This document shows positions 8,957 to 17,794 of a stretch of 64,000 bases of DNA, in pieces. The first letter of the stretch is position 1; every line of letters starts with the position of its first letter. The notes under the pieces are model-generated. The model saw only the letters and a list, made by a program, of their open reading frames with translations, was not told the DNA's origin and searched no databases. The stretch is from Acidobacteriota bacterium (GTDB taxonomy: Bacteria > Acidobacteriota > UBA6911 > RPQK01 > JAJDTT01): positions 3,776,001-3,840,000 of the forward strand of contig OZ253580.1 in the NCBI GenBank assembly GCA_965263035.1, given 5' to 3'. Made by a program: the position numbers and the translations under genes.

Positions 8957-9481
8957 TCAGATGAAGAGTTCCTCTTCAGGCGACTTGGTTCCGGTCTTCT
9001 TCCCTCGCCGCCCCAATAAGAACGATAGTCCCGACTGGATCCCTTTGAAGAAGGAACCGATTTCCAGAATGGGTCTCAAGACGTCCTTCTGAATCACTTC
9101 GCTGGTCTGCTCGAACTTCTCGACCGTGTCGGTGACCAGGCCGTCCACTCTCTGGGCCTGTTCGTGTCCCAGCCGAATCACTTCCTTCACCAAACCATCC
9201 ACCTCTTCGGTGGTTCTTCGGAAGGCGCCCAGCACGAAGCGGACATTGTCGTTGAACTCATTGCCGAGATGCCGCACCGGCTCCAGGCTCTCGGTCACTT
9301 GGGTCAATTTGGCGCTGACGGACTCGACAGCGGATTCGAGCCTCCGGGTCTCCTGCTGCAGCTCCTCGGCCATCTTTCGAACCGTCTGAGCCGCCCGCCA
9401 CACGGAGAGGGCTTGGAGGGTCATGGAGAGGGCGGTAATGCCGATGAACAGGATGAGCAGGAGTTCAGCGCTCAAGTGCAT
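8957..9481 (-). CDS. Membrane-anchored coiled-coil protein (DUF948-like)
   Basis: N-terminal TM then heptad-rich helix; downstream of a YtxH-like gene. Confidence 0.65.
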   Translation of the reverse strand: MHLSAELLLILFIGITALSMTLQALSVWRAAQTVRKMAEELQQETRRLESAVESVSAKLTQVTESLEPVRHLGNEFNDNVRFVLGAFRRTTEEVDGLVKEVIRLGHEQAQRVDGLVTDTVEKFEQTSEVIQKDVLRPILEIGSFFKGIQSGLSFLLGRRGKKTGTKSPEEELFI

Positions 9482-9559
9482 TCCCCACGGTTAGGACCGA
9501 ATCGAACGAGGGACGGTGCTCCGTCCTCGGACTCAGGACGCGTTGTCTTCGTCCGGAAC

Positions 9560-9901
9560 TCAGTCGGCGGACTCTTCCGGTGTCTCCGTCCGGCCCCGGT
9601 AGCTCCGTCTGGCCGTTTCCAGGACGACGCCGAGTTGCTCCTTTTTCTTCCGGAGAGTCTCCCTTTCCCGGTTCAGGGTCTGACTGGCCCTGCCGGCAAG
9701 GTCGCGGCCCTTCTCCTCCAGCACTTCTCTGCCTTCCCGGAGCTTCCGGCCGACCTTGTCGGCGCCCCCTCGGGCTTTGCCTTCCAACAACTCCCGAGTC
9801 TCGTCACCCGACTGGGGGGCCAGCAACAGCGCCACACAGGCGCCCACAAAGCTGCCGATGAGAAAATAGACCAGCTTGTCTCCACTTGAGGCCATAGCCA
9901 T
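9560..9901 (-). CDS. YtxH-domain protein
   Basis: FLIGSFVGACVALLLAPQSGDETR signature; SD AAGGAG. Confidence 0.85.
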   Translation of the reverse strand: MAMASSGDKLVYFLIGSFVGACVALLLAPQSGDETRELLEGKARGGADKVGRKLREGREVLEEKGRDLAGRASQTLNRERETLRKKKEQLGVVLETARRSYRGRTETPEESAD

Positions 9902-10119
9902 TACTCCTTCCGGTCCCGGTCCGGATCCATCAATTCAAGGTTACCATAGCCAGGATGAGGCATGACGGAGGAGGGGCGGGTGTGGGAACAGGATGTGCCC
10001 GGCAGAACGATATCGTGGCTGATTCCCGCAGCTCCGCTTGACGATCTCCCTCTGGGGCCGGGTTTGTGGAGGCGGACGGGTCTCGGGTAGAATACCGGGC
10101 GTTACGGAAGGAAGCTGCG

Positions 10120-10362
10120 ATGATCAAGGATTTGCTGCCCAGACAGGTCGTATGCAACGAGAGAAATGCCAAGGGCAAGCCCTGCCACGGGAGTTTGAAA
10201 CGATATTATCCGTTTGCCGGATACTACAACGAGCCTGACAAAACGCTCCGGCAGGAAATCGAGAGCGAGTTCGGCAAGAAAAAAACTCTGGTGCTGCTCA
10301 AGTGCGAGGAGTGCGCCGTCGTATTCCGGCTGCCTGGGGAATTGAAGGTCAAGTTCGGCTGA
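10120..10362 (+). CDS. Small hypothetical protein with 4 Cys (possible Zn-binding)
   Basis: MIKDLLPRQVVCNERNAKGKPC...CEEC; purine-rich SD and TAGAAT upstream. Confidence 0.6.
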   Translation: MIKDLLPRQVVCNERNAKGKPCHGSLKRYYPFAGYYNEPDKTLRQEIESEFGKKKTLVLLKCEECAVVFRLPGELKVKFG

Positions 10363-10470
10363 ACGGAGTCCGGAACCCGCACCAAATACTGCGTAGTACT
10401 TTTTCTGCTTTCATCTCAGGGGACTGCTGGCCGGGTCTGCCGGCGGCCCCTGTCTGCCGTCGCGCTCCAG

Positions 10471-11076
10471 ATGCAGATCTACACCGATTTTGACGGAACC
10501 ATTACCGATCGCGACTCCATCGTCCTGCTGGTCCAGGAGTTCGGAGGCGGCGACCGCTATCGGCGAGACCTGCTGTCCGAATTCGAGAACGGGACCCTGT
10601 CGGCGGCCGAGGTGATTGCCGAGGAGATCGCCTCGGTGGACGCCTCGTGGGAAGAGGTCGCCGCCTGTCTCAAGCAAATGGTCCGGGTCGACCCCACCTT
10701 TCCCGGATTCGTGAACTGGTGCCGCGAATCTTCGATTCCCCTCTGCGTCGTCAGTTCGGGGCTGGAGCAGATCATCGCCTTCATGATCGGAGACCTGGGG
10801 GTGCCGGTCGTGGCGCATACGGCCCGGATCGACGGCCGGAGTTGGCGCTACTATCGGCGGCCGGAGTCGGAGAAGGAGTCGGTGGTGCGGGCGGCGAGCG
10901 AGGCCGATGAGGTCACCTTCATTGGCGACGGCATATCGGATATCTGTGTTCTCCCCTATGTGGATCGCATCTTCGCTAAACGCTACCTGGAAAAGTATTG
11001 CCGGAAACGGGGCATCGACTTTCTCCCCTACGACACCTTCCAGGACGTCCGGAACCGGCTGCAGGCCGAGCTCTAG
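10471..11076 (+). CDS. MtnX-like HAD-IB phosphatase
   Basis: DFDGT motif I, VSSG motif II, GDGISD motif IV. Confidence 0.85.
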   Translation: MQIYTDFDGTITDRDSIVLLVQEFGGGDRYRRDLLSEFENGTLSAAEVIAEEIASVDASWEEVAACLKQMVRVDPTFPGFVNWCRESSIPLCVVSSGLEQIIAFMIGDLGVPVVAHTARIDGRSWRYYRRPESEKESVVRAASEADEVTFIGDGISDICVLPYVDRIFAKRYLEKYCRKRGIDFLPYDTFQDVRNRLQAEL

Positions 11077-11235
11077 GAGTCTGCGCGGTAGAAATGATCG
11101 TAGCGAGAAAGTGGGAAATCGAGGCCAGATTTTCTCGATTTTGAGGTGCATAGTTGTTCTATTCGCCGAGAAATCGGGGAAATATGGACCGATTTTACCA
11201 CTTTCGCAGTAGATCAATTTCTGCGGCGCAGGCTC
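11077..11235. mobile_element. MITE-like palindromic element, family B
   Basis: Terminal inverted repeats GAGTCTGCGC/GCGCAGGCTC, flanked on both sides by CTAG (11073-11076, 11236-11239); AT-rich long imperfect hairpin. Confidence 0.75.
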
Positions 11236-11240
11236 CTAGG

Positions 11241-12269
11241 TCAAACCGGCCAGTACGAGCTCAGGCCGGGACGGAGCTGTTCCATATAGGGCCCCGAATT
11301 CGGACTGGGTTCCAGCCCGGGACCGGCTTCCGGCGGGTCCAAGCCGGCGGCCACTGTAGTCTCCACAGAGGCGGCCAAGGCCTTCAGGTTGTAGCCACCT
11401 TCCAGCACGTAGAGAATCCTGCCGCCGCAGATCTTCGCGGCGGCCCGGTTCAGGTCCGCTGCCATCCTGGCGTAACCTCGCTCATCCAACAGCATTCCGG
11501 CCAGGGGATCATCCCGGTGGGCGTCGAATCCCGCGGAAACCAGGATCAACTCGGGCTCGTAGCTGGACAGGATGGGCAGCACCATCCGCAGCAGCAGGGA
11601 GGAGTAAAAGCCGTTGGTCTGACCGGCGGGAATCGGGAAATTGACCGTCATTCCCTTGCCTTTCCCCACGCCCACTTCGGTGTAGTAGCCGGTTCCCGGG
11701 TACAGAGGGTGCTGGTGCATGGATACGTAGAGGACATCGTCCCGGTGGTAGAAGGCGGCCTGGGTGCCGTTGCCGTGGTGGACGTCGAAGTCGACGATGG
11801 CCAGGCGCCGAACCAGACCCTGGTCCAAGGCCCACTGGGCGCCCACGGCCACGTTGTTGAAGAGGCAGAAACCCATCGCCTTCCCCGGTTCGGCGTGGTG
11901 GCCGGGTGGCCTGACGGCCGCGAACCCGGAGTCGAGTTCTCCTTGAAAGAGAAGTTCGATCATTCGAATGACGCTCCCTGCCGCCAGCAACGCCACGTCA
12001 GGGGAGGCTCCGCCCGAATAGGTGTCCCAGTCCAGGGGATGGAGCGGCTGATATCGTGTCCCCTTGATGGTGGCTACGTGGTCTCGGGTGTGGACCCGGA
12101 GAACGGCTTCTTCGGCTGCGGGGGTGGGCGCCACCTGCACCACGCGGCTGAATGCCGAGTGAGCGGACAGTCTCCGGGAGATGGCTCGAAGCCGGTCCGG
12201 ACGTTCGGGATGTTCAGGTGGAACCTGGTGTTCGAGGAAGACGGGATCCAACACCAGACCGTAGCGCAT
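11241..12269 (-). CDS. Histone deacetylase-family (AcuC/HdaH-like) amidohydrolase
   Basis: HPERPDRL, RPPGHHA, GFCLFNN, DFDVHHGNGT, SAGFDAH, LEGGY. Confidence 0.92.
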   Translation of the reverse strand: MRYGLVLDPVFLEHQVPPEHPERPDRLRAISRRLSAHSAFSRVVQVAPTPAAEEAVLRVHTRDHVATIKGTRYQPLHPLDWDTYSGGASPDVALLAAGSVIRMIELLFQGELDSGFAAVRPPGHHAEPGKAMGFCLFNNVAVGAQWALDQGLVRRLAIVDFDVHHGNGTQAAFYHRDDVLYVSMHQHPLYPGTGYYTEVGVGKGKGMTVNFPIPAGQTNGFYSSLLLRMVLPILSSYEPELILVSAGFDAHRDDPLAGMLLDERGYARMAADLNRAAAKICGGRILYVLEGGYNLKALAASVETTVAAGLDPPEAGPGLEPSPNSGPYMEQLRPGLSSYWPV

Positions 12270-12943
12270 CAGACCCCTCTTGCCTCGGCGCCCCATAAGA
12301 TCTTGTGCAGTTGCGTCTGGATACGGACGGGAAGACCGTCCTCCAGAATCCAGCGGGCCAGCTGCCCGGCCTCCATGCGATTCCATTCCGGGGAAAACAG
12401 GACCAGGTGCCTCCGGCTCAGCTCCAGCTCGAGGGTCTTCCGTCTGGCCCACTGGTAGTCCCGCCGCGATGAAATCACGAACTTGATTTCATCCTGCGGC
12501 CGCAGGTGATCCAGGTTCTCCCAACGGTTTCGTCCCTCCATGAGGCTGTCCGGACATTTGATGTCGTAGATCAAGACCGCTCTGGGATCCACCGGACGGA
12601 TGTCCAGACTGCCCCCGGTCTCGATCAGGACCCTCTGGCCCGCGTCCAGAAGCCTCTTGACGAGGGTGTGCGCCAGAGAGTGGAGCAGGGGCTCCCCTCC
12701 CGTGATCTCCACCAGGTCGGTAGGGTACTGCTCCAATTTGACGGTGATCTCCGACAGGGACATCCGGGTGCCTCCCTCGAAGGCGTATTCGGTATCGCAA
12801 TAGCTGCACCTGAGATTGCAGCCGGTCAGCCGCACGAACGCGCAGGGCTGCCCGCTGTAGCTGGATTCTCCCTGGATGCTGAAGAAGATCTCGGTGACGG
12901 GGAGAGTCCCGGTCTTTCGGTCGGTTGCGGTGGCGCTCTTCAT
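12269..12943 (-). CDS. queE: 7-carboxy-7-deazaguanine synthase (radical SAM)
   Basis: EIFFSIQGE, GCNLRCSYCDT, ITGGEP, QLHKILW. Confidence 0.9.
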   Translation of the reverse strand: MKSATATDRKTGTLPVTEIFFSIQGESSYSGQPCAFVRLTGCNLRCSYCDTEYAFEGGTRMSLSEITVKLEQYPTDLVEITGGEPLLHSLAHTLVKRLLDAGQRVLIETGGSLDIRPVDPRAVLIYDIKCPDSLMEGRNRWENLDHLRPQDEIKFVISSRRDYQWARRKTLELELSRRHLVLFSPEWNRMEAGQLARWILEDGLPVRIQTQLHKILWGAEARGV

Positions 12944-13055
12944 AGGCGGCTGAAGTAGTATACCCGGGAAGATGAGGACAGGAGACAAGGAGAAGAGAGT
13001 GGGAGGCGGCGGGATGGGCGGGCGGGCTCATGCCGTGACGGATTTCACCTGTGGC

Positions 13056-13064
13056 TGCTAGAAT
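13056..13064 (+). promoter_or_regulatory. Extended -10 promoter
   Basis: TGCTAGAAT upstream of SD AAGGAG and ATG 13095. Confidence 0.5.
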
Positions 13065-13094
13065 CGGAAAGAACAAGATCAAGGAGACACCCAG

Positions 13095-14849
13095 ATGAGT
13101 TGGACTGGCCGGGTGGCCGTCGGCGTGGTTGCGGTCGCGGCGTTTTCGTTTGCATATCCCCGGGTCGGCAGGGAAATTCGGGACGAGTACGTTCAGCGCT
13201 TCGAAAACAAGGCGGTCTTTCTGAAGATTCCGGTCCGGGGACTACAGCAGGTGGTCCACGTCTTGGATTCCGGCGCGAAGCTGGACCGGGGGAACCTGAA
13301 CCAACCGGTGAGCTTCAAGGTCGGGGACCAGGTCCGGATCATCGACGTGAATTTCAGGGACGATAGGGTCCGGTTCCGGTTCTCTTCGGTGGACACGACC
13401 CGTGAAGGTTCGTTGGAATTCCGGTTTCCCGCCCCGACACAACAAGCGTTTCCGCAGAGAGAGAACTTCGAAAAAAGCTTGGCGAGCAGCTTGACCGAAG
13501 GACTTTCCTACAAGGAGTTGGAATCCGCCAAGGGAGAGTTCATCCGGGGGCAGGTCAAGACTCTGGTCCGCGAATTCGCCGCGACCACCAACACTCCGGA
13601 TGACGTGGTGCTGCGGACCATCGTGGAGGACAGCCCTCAATACCAGGCTCTGGAGCGGGAGTCTTCACAGATCCAGCAGAAGAACCAGGTCCTCGATCGG
13701 GACGTGTCCCGGTTGGGACGGGCCAGTCGAGAGCAACGCGCGCGGATCGCGGACATGACCGTCGAACTCGACCGTCTCAGAACCCAGGTCCGGGAGCTGG
13801 AGCGGGACGAGAACCTGGCGGCCAGGACCCGCCAATCTCTGGAAGGGCAGTTGAAGGACGCCCAGGTCAAGATGAACGAGCTCTTGGGCAGCCTCAATCT
13901 CAAGGCGGCCTCGAACTCCGAGCTGGACAACCGGATGCAGTCGTTGAGCGCGGGCATCGAGTCGGCGCGCCGGGAGCGCGAAAAGCTCTCGGAGGAGTTG
14001 GCGCAGGCCCGCGCCGACTTGAACGAGCGGGAACAGGCCAATTCGAAGCTTACCGCCGATCTGATGAAGGTCCGGGACCGGAACCAGCGGCTCTCCTCGG
14101 AACTCCGGAGTCTGACCTCCAACAAGGACAGCATTCAATCCCAGTTTCTCCAGGCCAAACGGCAGAGCGACGCCTTGGAGATGGCCTCTCGCCTGAGCGC
14201 CGGCCTGCGTCTGGAAAGGTCGTTTCAGGAGCGGGAGGGACGGCCTTTGGAAATTGCCGACCTCTATTTGCTTTCCAAGCGGATCGGCCGGCTTGAGATC
14301 GAGACGCCGGAACATCCGGGACAGATCTGCAGGATAAAGTTTCTGATGGAGTCTCCGGACCGGGTGGAGTTCCAGGAAGAAGAGCGGGTCCTATTTGATT
14401 CCCTCGGAGAAACTTTCAAGATAGAGCCCTCCTGGTCCTTTACGGGTGACCGGCTGAGGGCGGTTCTCATGGAGGGAGAGCCGGCCAGGGAGGCCAAGCC
14501 CCGCGAGGCGGTGGAGTGGACCTGGATCCTGGAAGGTGAAATCTCGGAACCGGAGCGGGCTCAGTTGCGGGTTCTATTCGTCAACTCGGACGATCAGAAA
14601 ATCTCTCTGGATCCCCATGAGTTCTACTTGACGCCACCGGGGCTGATGTTCTACCTGATCCGGAGTTTTTCTCCCGTCTCCCTGGGGACGGGCGTCTTCC
14701 TGGGTCTGATTTTCGCCGGGGTTGCCGGGCTCTTCCGGAGACGTTCTCCTTCCAAGCCGTCCAGGCGTTCCAAACCTTCCAAACGCAGGCCGACTCAGCC
14801 GGCTCCGGAAAAGCCCGATCGCGAATACGTGATCAAGAAAAGGCTTTAG
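13095..14849 (+). CDS. Hypothetical exported coiled-coil protein with C-terminal TM anchor
   Basis: Signal/TM N-terminus, ~200-aa heptad region, beta-rich domain, C-terminal TM then basic tail; strong SD. Confidence 0.8.
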   Translation: MSWTGRVAVGVVAVAAFSFAYPRVGREIRDEYVQRFENKAVFLKIPVRGLQQVVHVLDSGAKLDRGNLNQPVSFKVGDQVRIIDVNFRDDRVRFRFSSVDTTREGSLEFRFPAPTQQAFPQRENFEKSLASSLTEGLSYKELESAKGEFIRGQVKTLVREFAATTNTPDDVVLRTIVEDSPQYQALERESSQIQQKNQVLDRDVSRLGRASREQRARIADMTVELDRLRTQVRELERDENLAARTRQSLEGQLKDAQVKMNELLGSLNLKAASNSELDNRMQSLSAGIESARREREKLSEELAQARADLNEREQANSKLTADLMKVRDRNQRLSSELRSLTSNKDSIQSQFLQAKRQSDALEMASRLSAGLRLERSFQEREGRPLEIADLYLLSKRIGRLEIETPEHPGQICRIKFLMESPDRVEFQEEERVLFDSLGETFKIEPSWSFTGDRLRAVLMEGEPAREAKPREAVEWTWILEGEISEPERAQLRVLFVNSDDQKISLDPHEFYLTPPGLMFYLIRSFSPVSLGTGVFLGLIFAGVAGLFRRRSPSKPSRRSKPSKRRPTQPAPEKPDREYVIKKRL

Positions 14850-14860
14850 CGCGACGCTCT

Positions 14861-15508
14861 ATGGTCAACCGCAAGGAAGCCCGCCGCGTCTTTGAGATCA
14901 TCCGCCTCCTGGAGCAGGAGTACGGAGAGGCCGAGTGCGCTCTCCATCGCGAGGACGCCTACCAACTCCTTGTGGCCACCATTCTTTCCGCCCAGTGCAC
15001 CGATGCCCGCGTGAACATGGTGACTCCGGCCCTCTTTCGCCGATTTCCCGATCCCCATGCTCTGGCCCAAGCGGAGCTGGACGAACTCCAGGAACTCATA
15101 CGCAGCACGGGATTCTTCAGGAACAAGGCTCGGAGCCTTCAGGGATCCGCCAGAAGGCTGGTGGACGAGTTCGACGGAGAAGTTCCATCGAACATGCCGG
15201 ACCTTCTGAAGCTGCCCGGAGTGGCCCGGAAAACGGCCAACGTGGTTCTGGGCACCGCTTACGGCATCGCCTCCGGAGTGGTGGTGGATACGCACGTAGG
15301 CCGTCTCTCCAGACGATTGGGGCTGACCCACGAAAAGACGCCGGAGAAGGTGGAAAAGGATCTCATGGGCATGATTCCCCGCGAAGAGTGGATCAATTTC
15401 GCACACCGCCTGATCCACCACGGGAGGCGGGTCTGCCAGTCCCGGAGTCCCCGCTGCGGAGAATGCGCCTTCGCCGACCTCTGCCCAAAAGTGGGAGTGC
15501 TGAGTTAG
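14861..15508 (+). CDS. nth: Endonuclease III
   Basis: LSAQCTD, HhH LPGVARKTANVV, VDTHV, C-X6-C-X2-C-X5-C 4Fe-4S motif. Confidence 0.96.
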   Translation: MVNRKEARRVFEIIRLLEQEYGEAECALHREDAYQLLVATILSAQCTDARVNMVTPALFRRFPDPHALAQAELDELQELIRSTGFFRNKARSLQGSARRLVDEFDGEVPSNMPDLLKLPGVARKTANVVLGTAYGIASGVVVDTHVGRLSRRLGLTHEKTPEKVEKDLMGMIPREEWINFAHRLIHHGRRVCQSRSPRCGECAFADLCPKVGVLS

Positions 15509-15557
15509 AACTTCCAAGAAACAGTGCCGTCTTCTCTCACCCCTCGCTCCTCTTTCC

Positions 15558-16367
15558 TCACTTCTCTGTGGCCCGGAACGCCCGGAAATGCCCCAGTGGT
15601 CCGCTGCCGGCGCCCAGCCGCAGGGAATGGCGAATCGCTTCGGTGACGTACTCCTTGGCACGGCGAACCGATTCCTCCACTCCGCTTCCCCGAGCCAGAT
15701 GGGCGGCGACGGCGGAGGCGAAGGTGCAGCCGCTGCCGTGGGTGTCTCGGGAGGGAAGACGGGGTCCTTCCAGCCGGACCCGGCCGGTTGTGGTGAAGAG
15801 CAAGTCGGTCGAGCGCTCCGGGTCCCGGAAGTGCCCCCCCTTGATGACGACGGCTCGGGGGCCCATGTCCAGCATCGATAGAGCCGCTTGGGCGGCGTCA
15901 TCCTCAGAGCGGATCTCCCGTCCGGCCAGCTGTTCCGACTCGTGCAGGTTGGGAGTCAGGACCAGGGCGAGGGGAAAGAGGAGGGACTTCATCCGGGATA
16001 CGGCTTCTCCGCTGGCCAGCGTATGGCCGTATCCGCTCTGAATCACCGGGTCCACCACGACCCGCTCCAGCCGGTGACGCCGGATCCGGTCCGACACCGC
16101 CTCCACGGTCTCGGGTGTGGGAATCATCCCGGTCTTAACGGAATCGACTCCTGGGTCCCGGACGGCAGCATCGATCTGGCGGGCTACGTGCCCGGCGGGA
16201 AGTGGATACACTTCATGCACGCGACGGGTGTCCTGCACCGTAGTCGCCGTGATGGCGCTCATCCCATGCACTCCGAGTGCCGCGAAGGTCTTCAGATCGG
16301 CCTGGATTCCGGCGCAGCCGCCGCTGTCGGAGCCGGCGACGGTAAGTGCGCAGGGAATCGACCTCAC
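15558..16367 (-). CDS. thiD: Hydroxymethylpyrimidine/phosphomethylpyrimidine kinase
   Basis: AGSDSGGCAGIQADLKT, VKTGM, TPNLHE, HGSGCTF; GTG start overlaps upstream TGA. Confidence 0.93.
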   Translation of the reverse strand: MRSIPCALTVAGSDSGGCAGIQADLKTFAALGVHGMSAITATTVQDTRRVHEVYPLPAGHVARQIDAAVRDPGVDSVKTGMIPTPETVEAVSDRIRRHRLERVVVDPVIQSGYGHTLASGEAVSRMKSLLFPLALVLTPNLHESEQLAGREIRSEDDAAQAALSMLDMGPRAVVIKGGHFRDPERSTDLLFTTTGRVRLEGPRLPSRDTHGSGCTFASAVAAHLARGSGVEESVRRAKEYVTEAIRHSLRLGAGSGPLGHFRAFRATEK

Positions 16368-17575
16368 CGGCGGCGGGTCCCGCTTCGGCCGCTCCCGTCC
16401 CGCAGCCGCAGGAGCCGGCTTCGAGCCTCCGCCAACACGTCCATGGTCTTGCAGAAGGCGAAACGGATGAGTCGCTTTCCCTGCTGCTTGCCGGGCCGGT
16501 AGAAGCTGCTGCCGGGGACGGCCGCAACCCCGTAGTCCCGGACCAGCTCGGCTGCGAAGCCGACGTCGTCCTTGTCGGTCACCCGGGAGATGTCGGCCAT
16601 GATGTAGTAGGCTCCGGCCGGCTTCCAGATTCGGAACCCCAACTGGACCAACGTCTCCATGAGAAAGTCCCGGCGCTCGAGATAGTCCCGCGCCAGCTGC
16701 CGGTAGTAGTCGGATTCCATGCCCAGAGCCGTGACTCCAGCCTCCTGCAGCGGCGCTGGGGATCCCACTGTCAGGAAGTCGTGCATCTTCCGGATGGCTC
16801 CGGCGAGGTGGCCCGGCGCGATGGTGTACCCGACTCGCCATCCGGTCACGCTGAAGGTCTTGGAGAGAGCGCTGATGGTGACGGTCCTCTCTTGCATGCC
16901 CGGAAGCAGGGCGACAGGGTGGTGGACGTGCCCATCATACAAGATGTGCTCGTAGATCTCGTCAGTGAAAACGTAGAAGTCGTACCGGACCGCCAGCTCG
17001 GCGATCCGGTTCAGCTCGTCGCTGTTGAAGACCTTCCCCGACGGGTTGTTGGGAGAGTTGAGGATGAGGGCCCGCAGCCGGCCGCGATCGCAGGCGTCGC
17101 GGATGGTCCCTTCCAGCACATCGAAATCCAAAGCCCAGTCGGATTCGGAATCCAGGGAAACATAGATGGGAGAAGCCCCGGCGATGATGGAATCGGGGCC
17201 ATAGTTCTCATAGAAGGGTTCGAACACCAGGACCTGTTCGCCGGGATTGACCAGGGCCAGCATGGTGGAAATCATGCACTCGGTGGAACCGCAGGCTACC
17301 GTCACCTCCACATCGGGGTCGACGTCCCAGTCGTAGACCCGGCGGTACTTCTCGGCCACGGCCCGGCGGAAGGACGGAGCCCCCCAGGTGACGGCGTATT
17401 GATTGATGTCCTCCTGGATCGCCCGGCAAGCGGCATCCTTGACCACCTGAGGTGCGGCGAAGTTCGGATAGCCCTGGGCCAGGTTGATGGCGCCGTGTTC
17501 GAACGCCAGACGAGTCATCTCCCGAATCACCGACTCGGTGAATCGGGACGCTTTCTCACCGATGTATTGTTTCAA
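16364..17575 (-). CDS. PLP-dependent aminotransferase class I/II (YbdL-like)
   Basis: INLAQGYP, NSPNNPSG, DEIY, SKTFSVTGWRVG. Confidence 0.92.
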   Translation of the reverse strand: MKQYIGEKASRFTESVIREMTRLAFEHGAINLAQGYPNFAAPQVVKDAACRAIQEDINQYAVTWGAPSFRRAVAEKYRRVYDWDVDPDVEVTVACGSTECMISTMLALVNPGEQVLVFEPFYENYGPDSIIAGASPIYVSLDSESDWALDFDVLEGTIRDACDRGRLRALILNSPNNPSGKVFNSDELNRIAELAVRYDFYVFTDEIYEHILYDGHVHHPVALLPGMQERTVTISALSKTFSVTGWRVGYTIAPGHLAGAIRKMHDFLTVGSPAPLQEAGVTALGMESDYYRQLARDYLERRDFLMETLVQLGFRIWKPAGAYYIMADISRVTDKDDVGFAAELVRDYGVAAVPGSSFYRPGKQQGKRLIRFAFCKTMDVLAEARSRLLRLRDGSGRSGTRRR

Positions 17576-17794
17576 ATCAACTGCCTCGGATCCGGTTCAA
17601 ACGGTCCCGAAAAGCGACGCGCTCCGGGAACCTGCCGGAAAGAGTACGCTTGCGATGGTCCGTCCCGCAAGAGCCGGTGGGAAGCGGGTTCGCGGACGGG
17701 AACCCGCGCCGCCGAAACTTGACTAATCCTCTCCCGGTTGGCTATGTCATGGGCCGGAAACACAGTCGAGGGGATCGGTCTAGGGAGAGATGTC

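Noticed and set aside
8879-8957. 11-bp inverted repeat ACGCCATCCGG/CCGGATGGCGT
   Set aside because: Single copy between convergent genes; probably a terminator-like structure, no evidence of mobility
12270-12452. Long N-terminal extensions of the HDAC ORF (likewise thiD, DUF1501, epimerase, UxaA)
   Set aside because: They overlap upstream genes; coupled or SD-supported downstream starts fit better, so these are not fusions
1297-12943. queE plus HNH as a 7-deazaguanine DNA modification/restriction system
   Set aside because: 10 kb apart among housekeeping genes; no dpdA/tgt-like, queC, queD or folE nearby
14745-14790. Repetitive CCTTCCAA tract
   Set aside because: Low-complexity SKPSRRSKPSKR coding tail
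17576-17794. TPP riboswitch upstream of the aminotransferase-thiD pair
   Set aside because: Conserved CTGAGA and following TPP core not found on the minus strand
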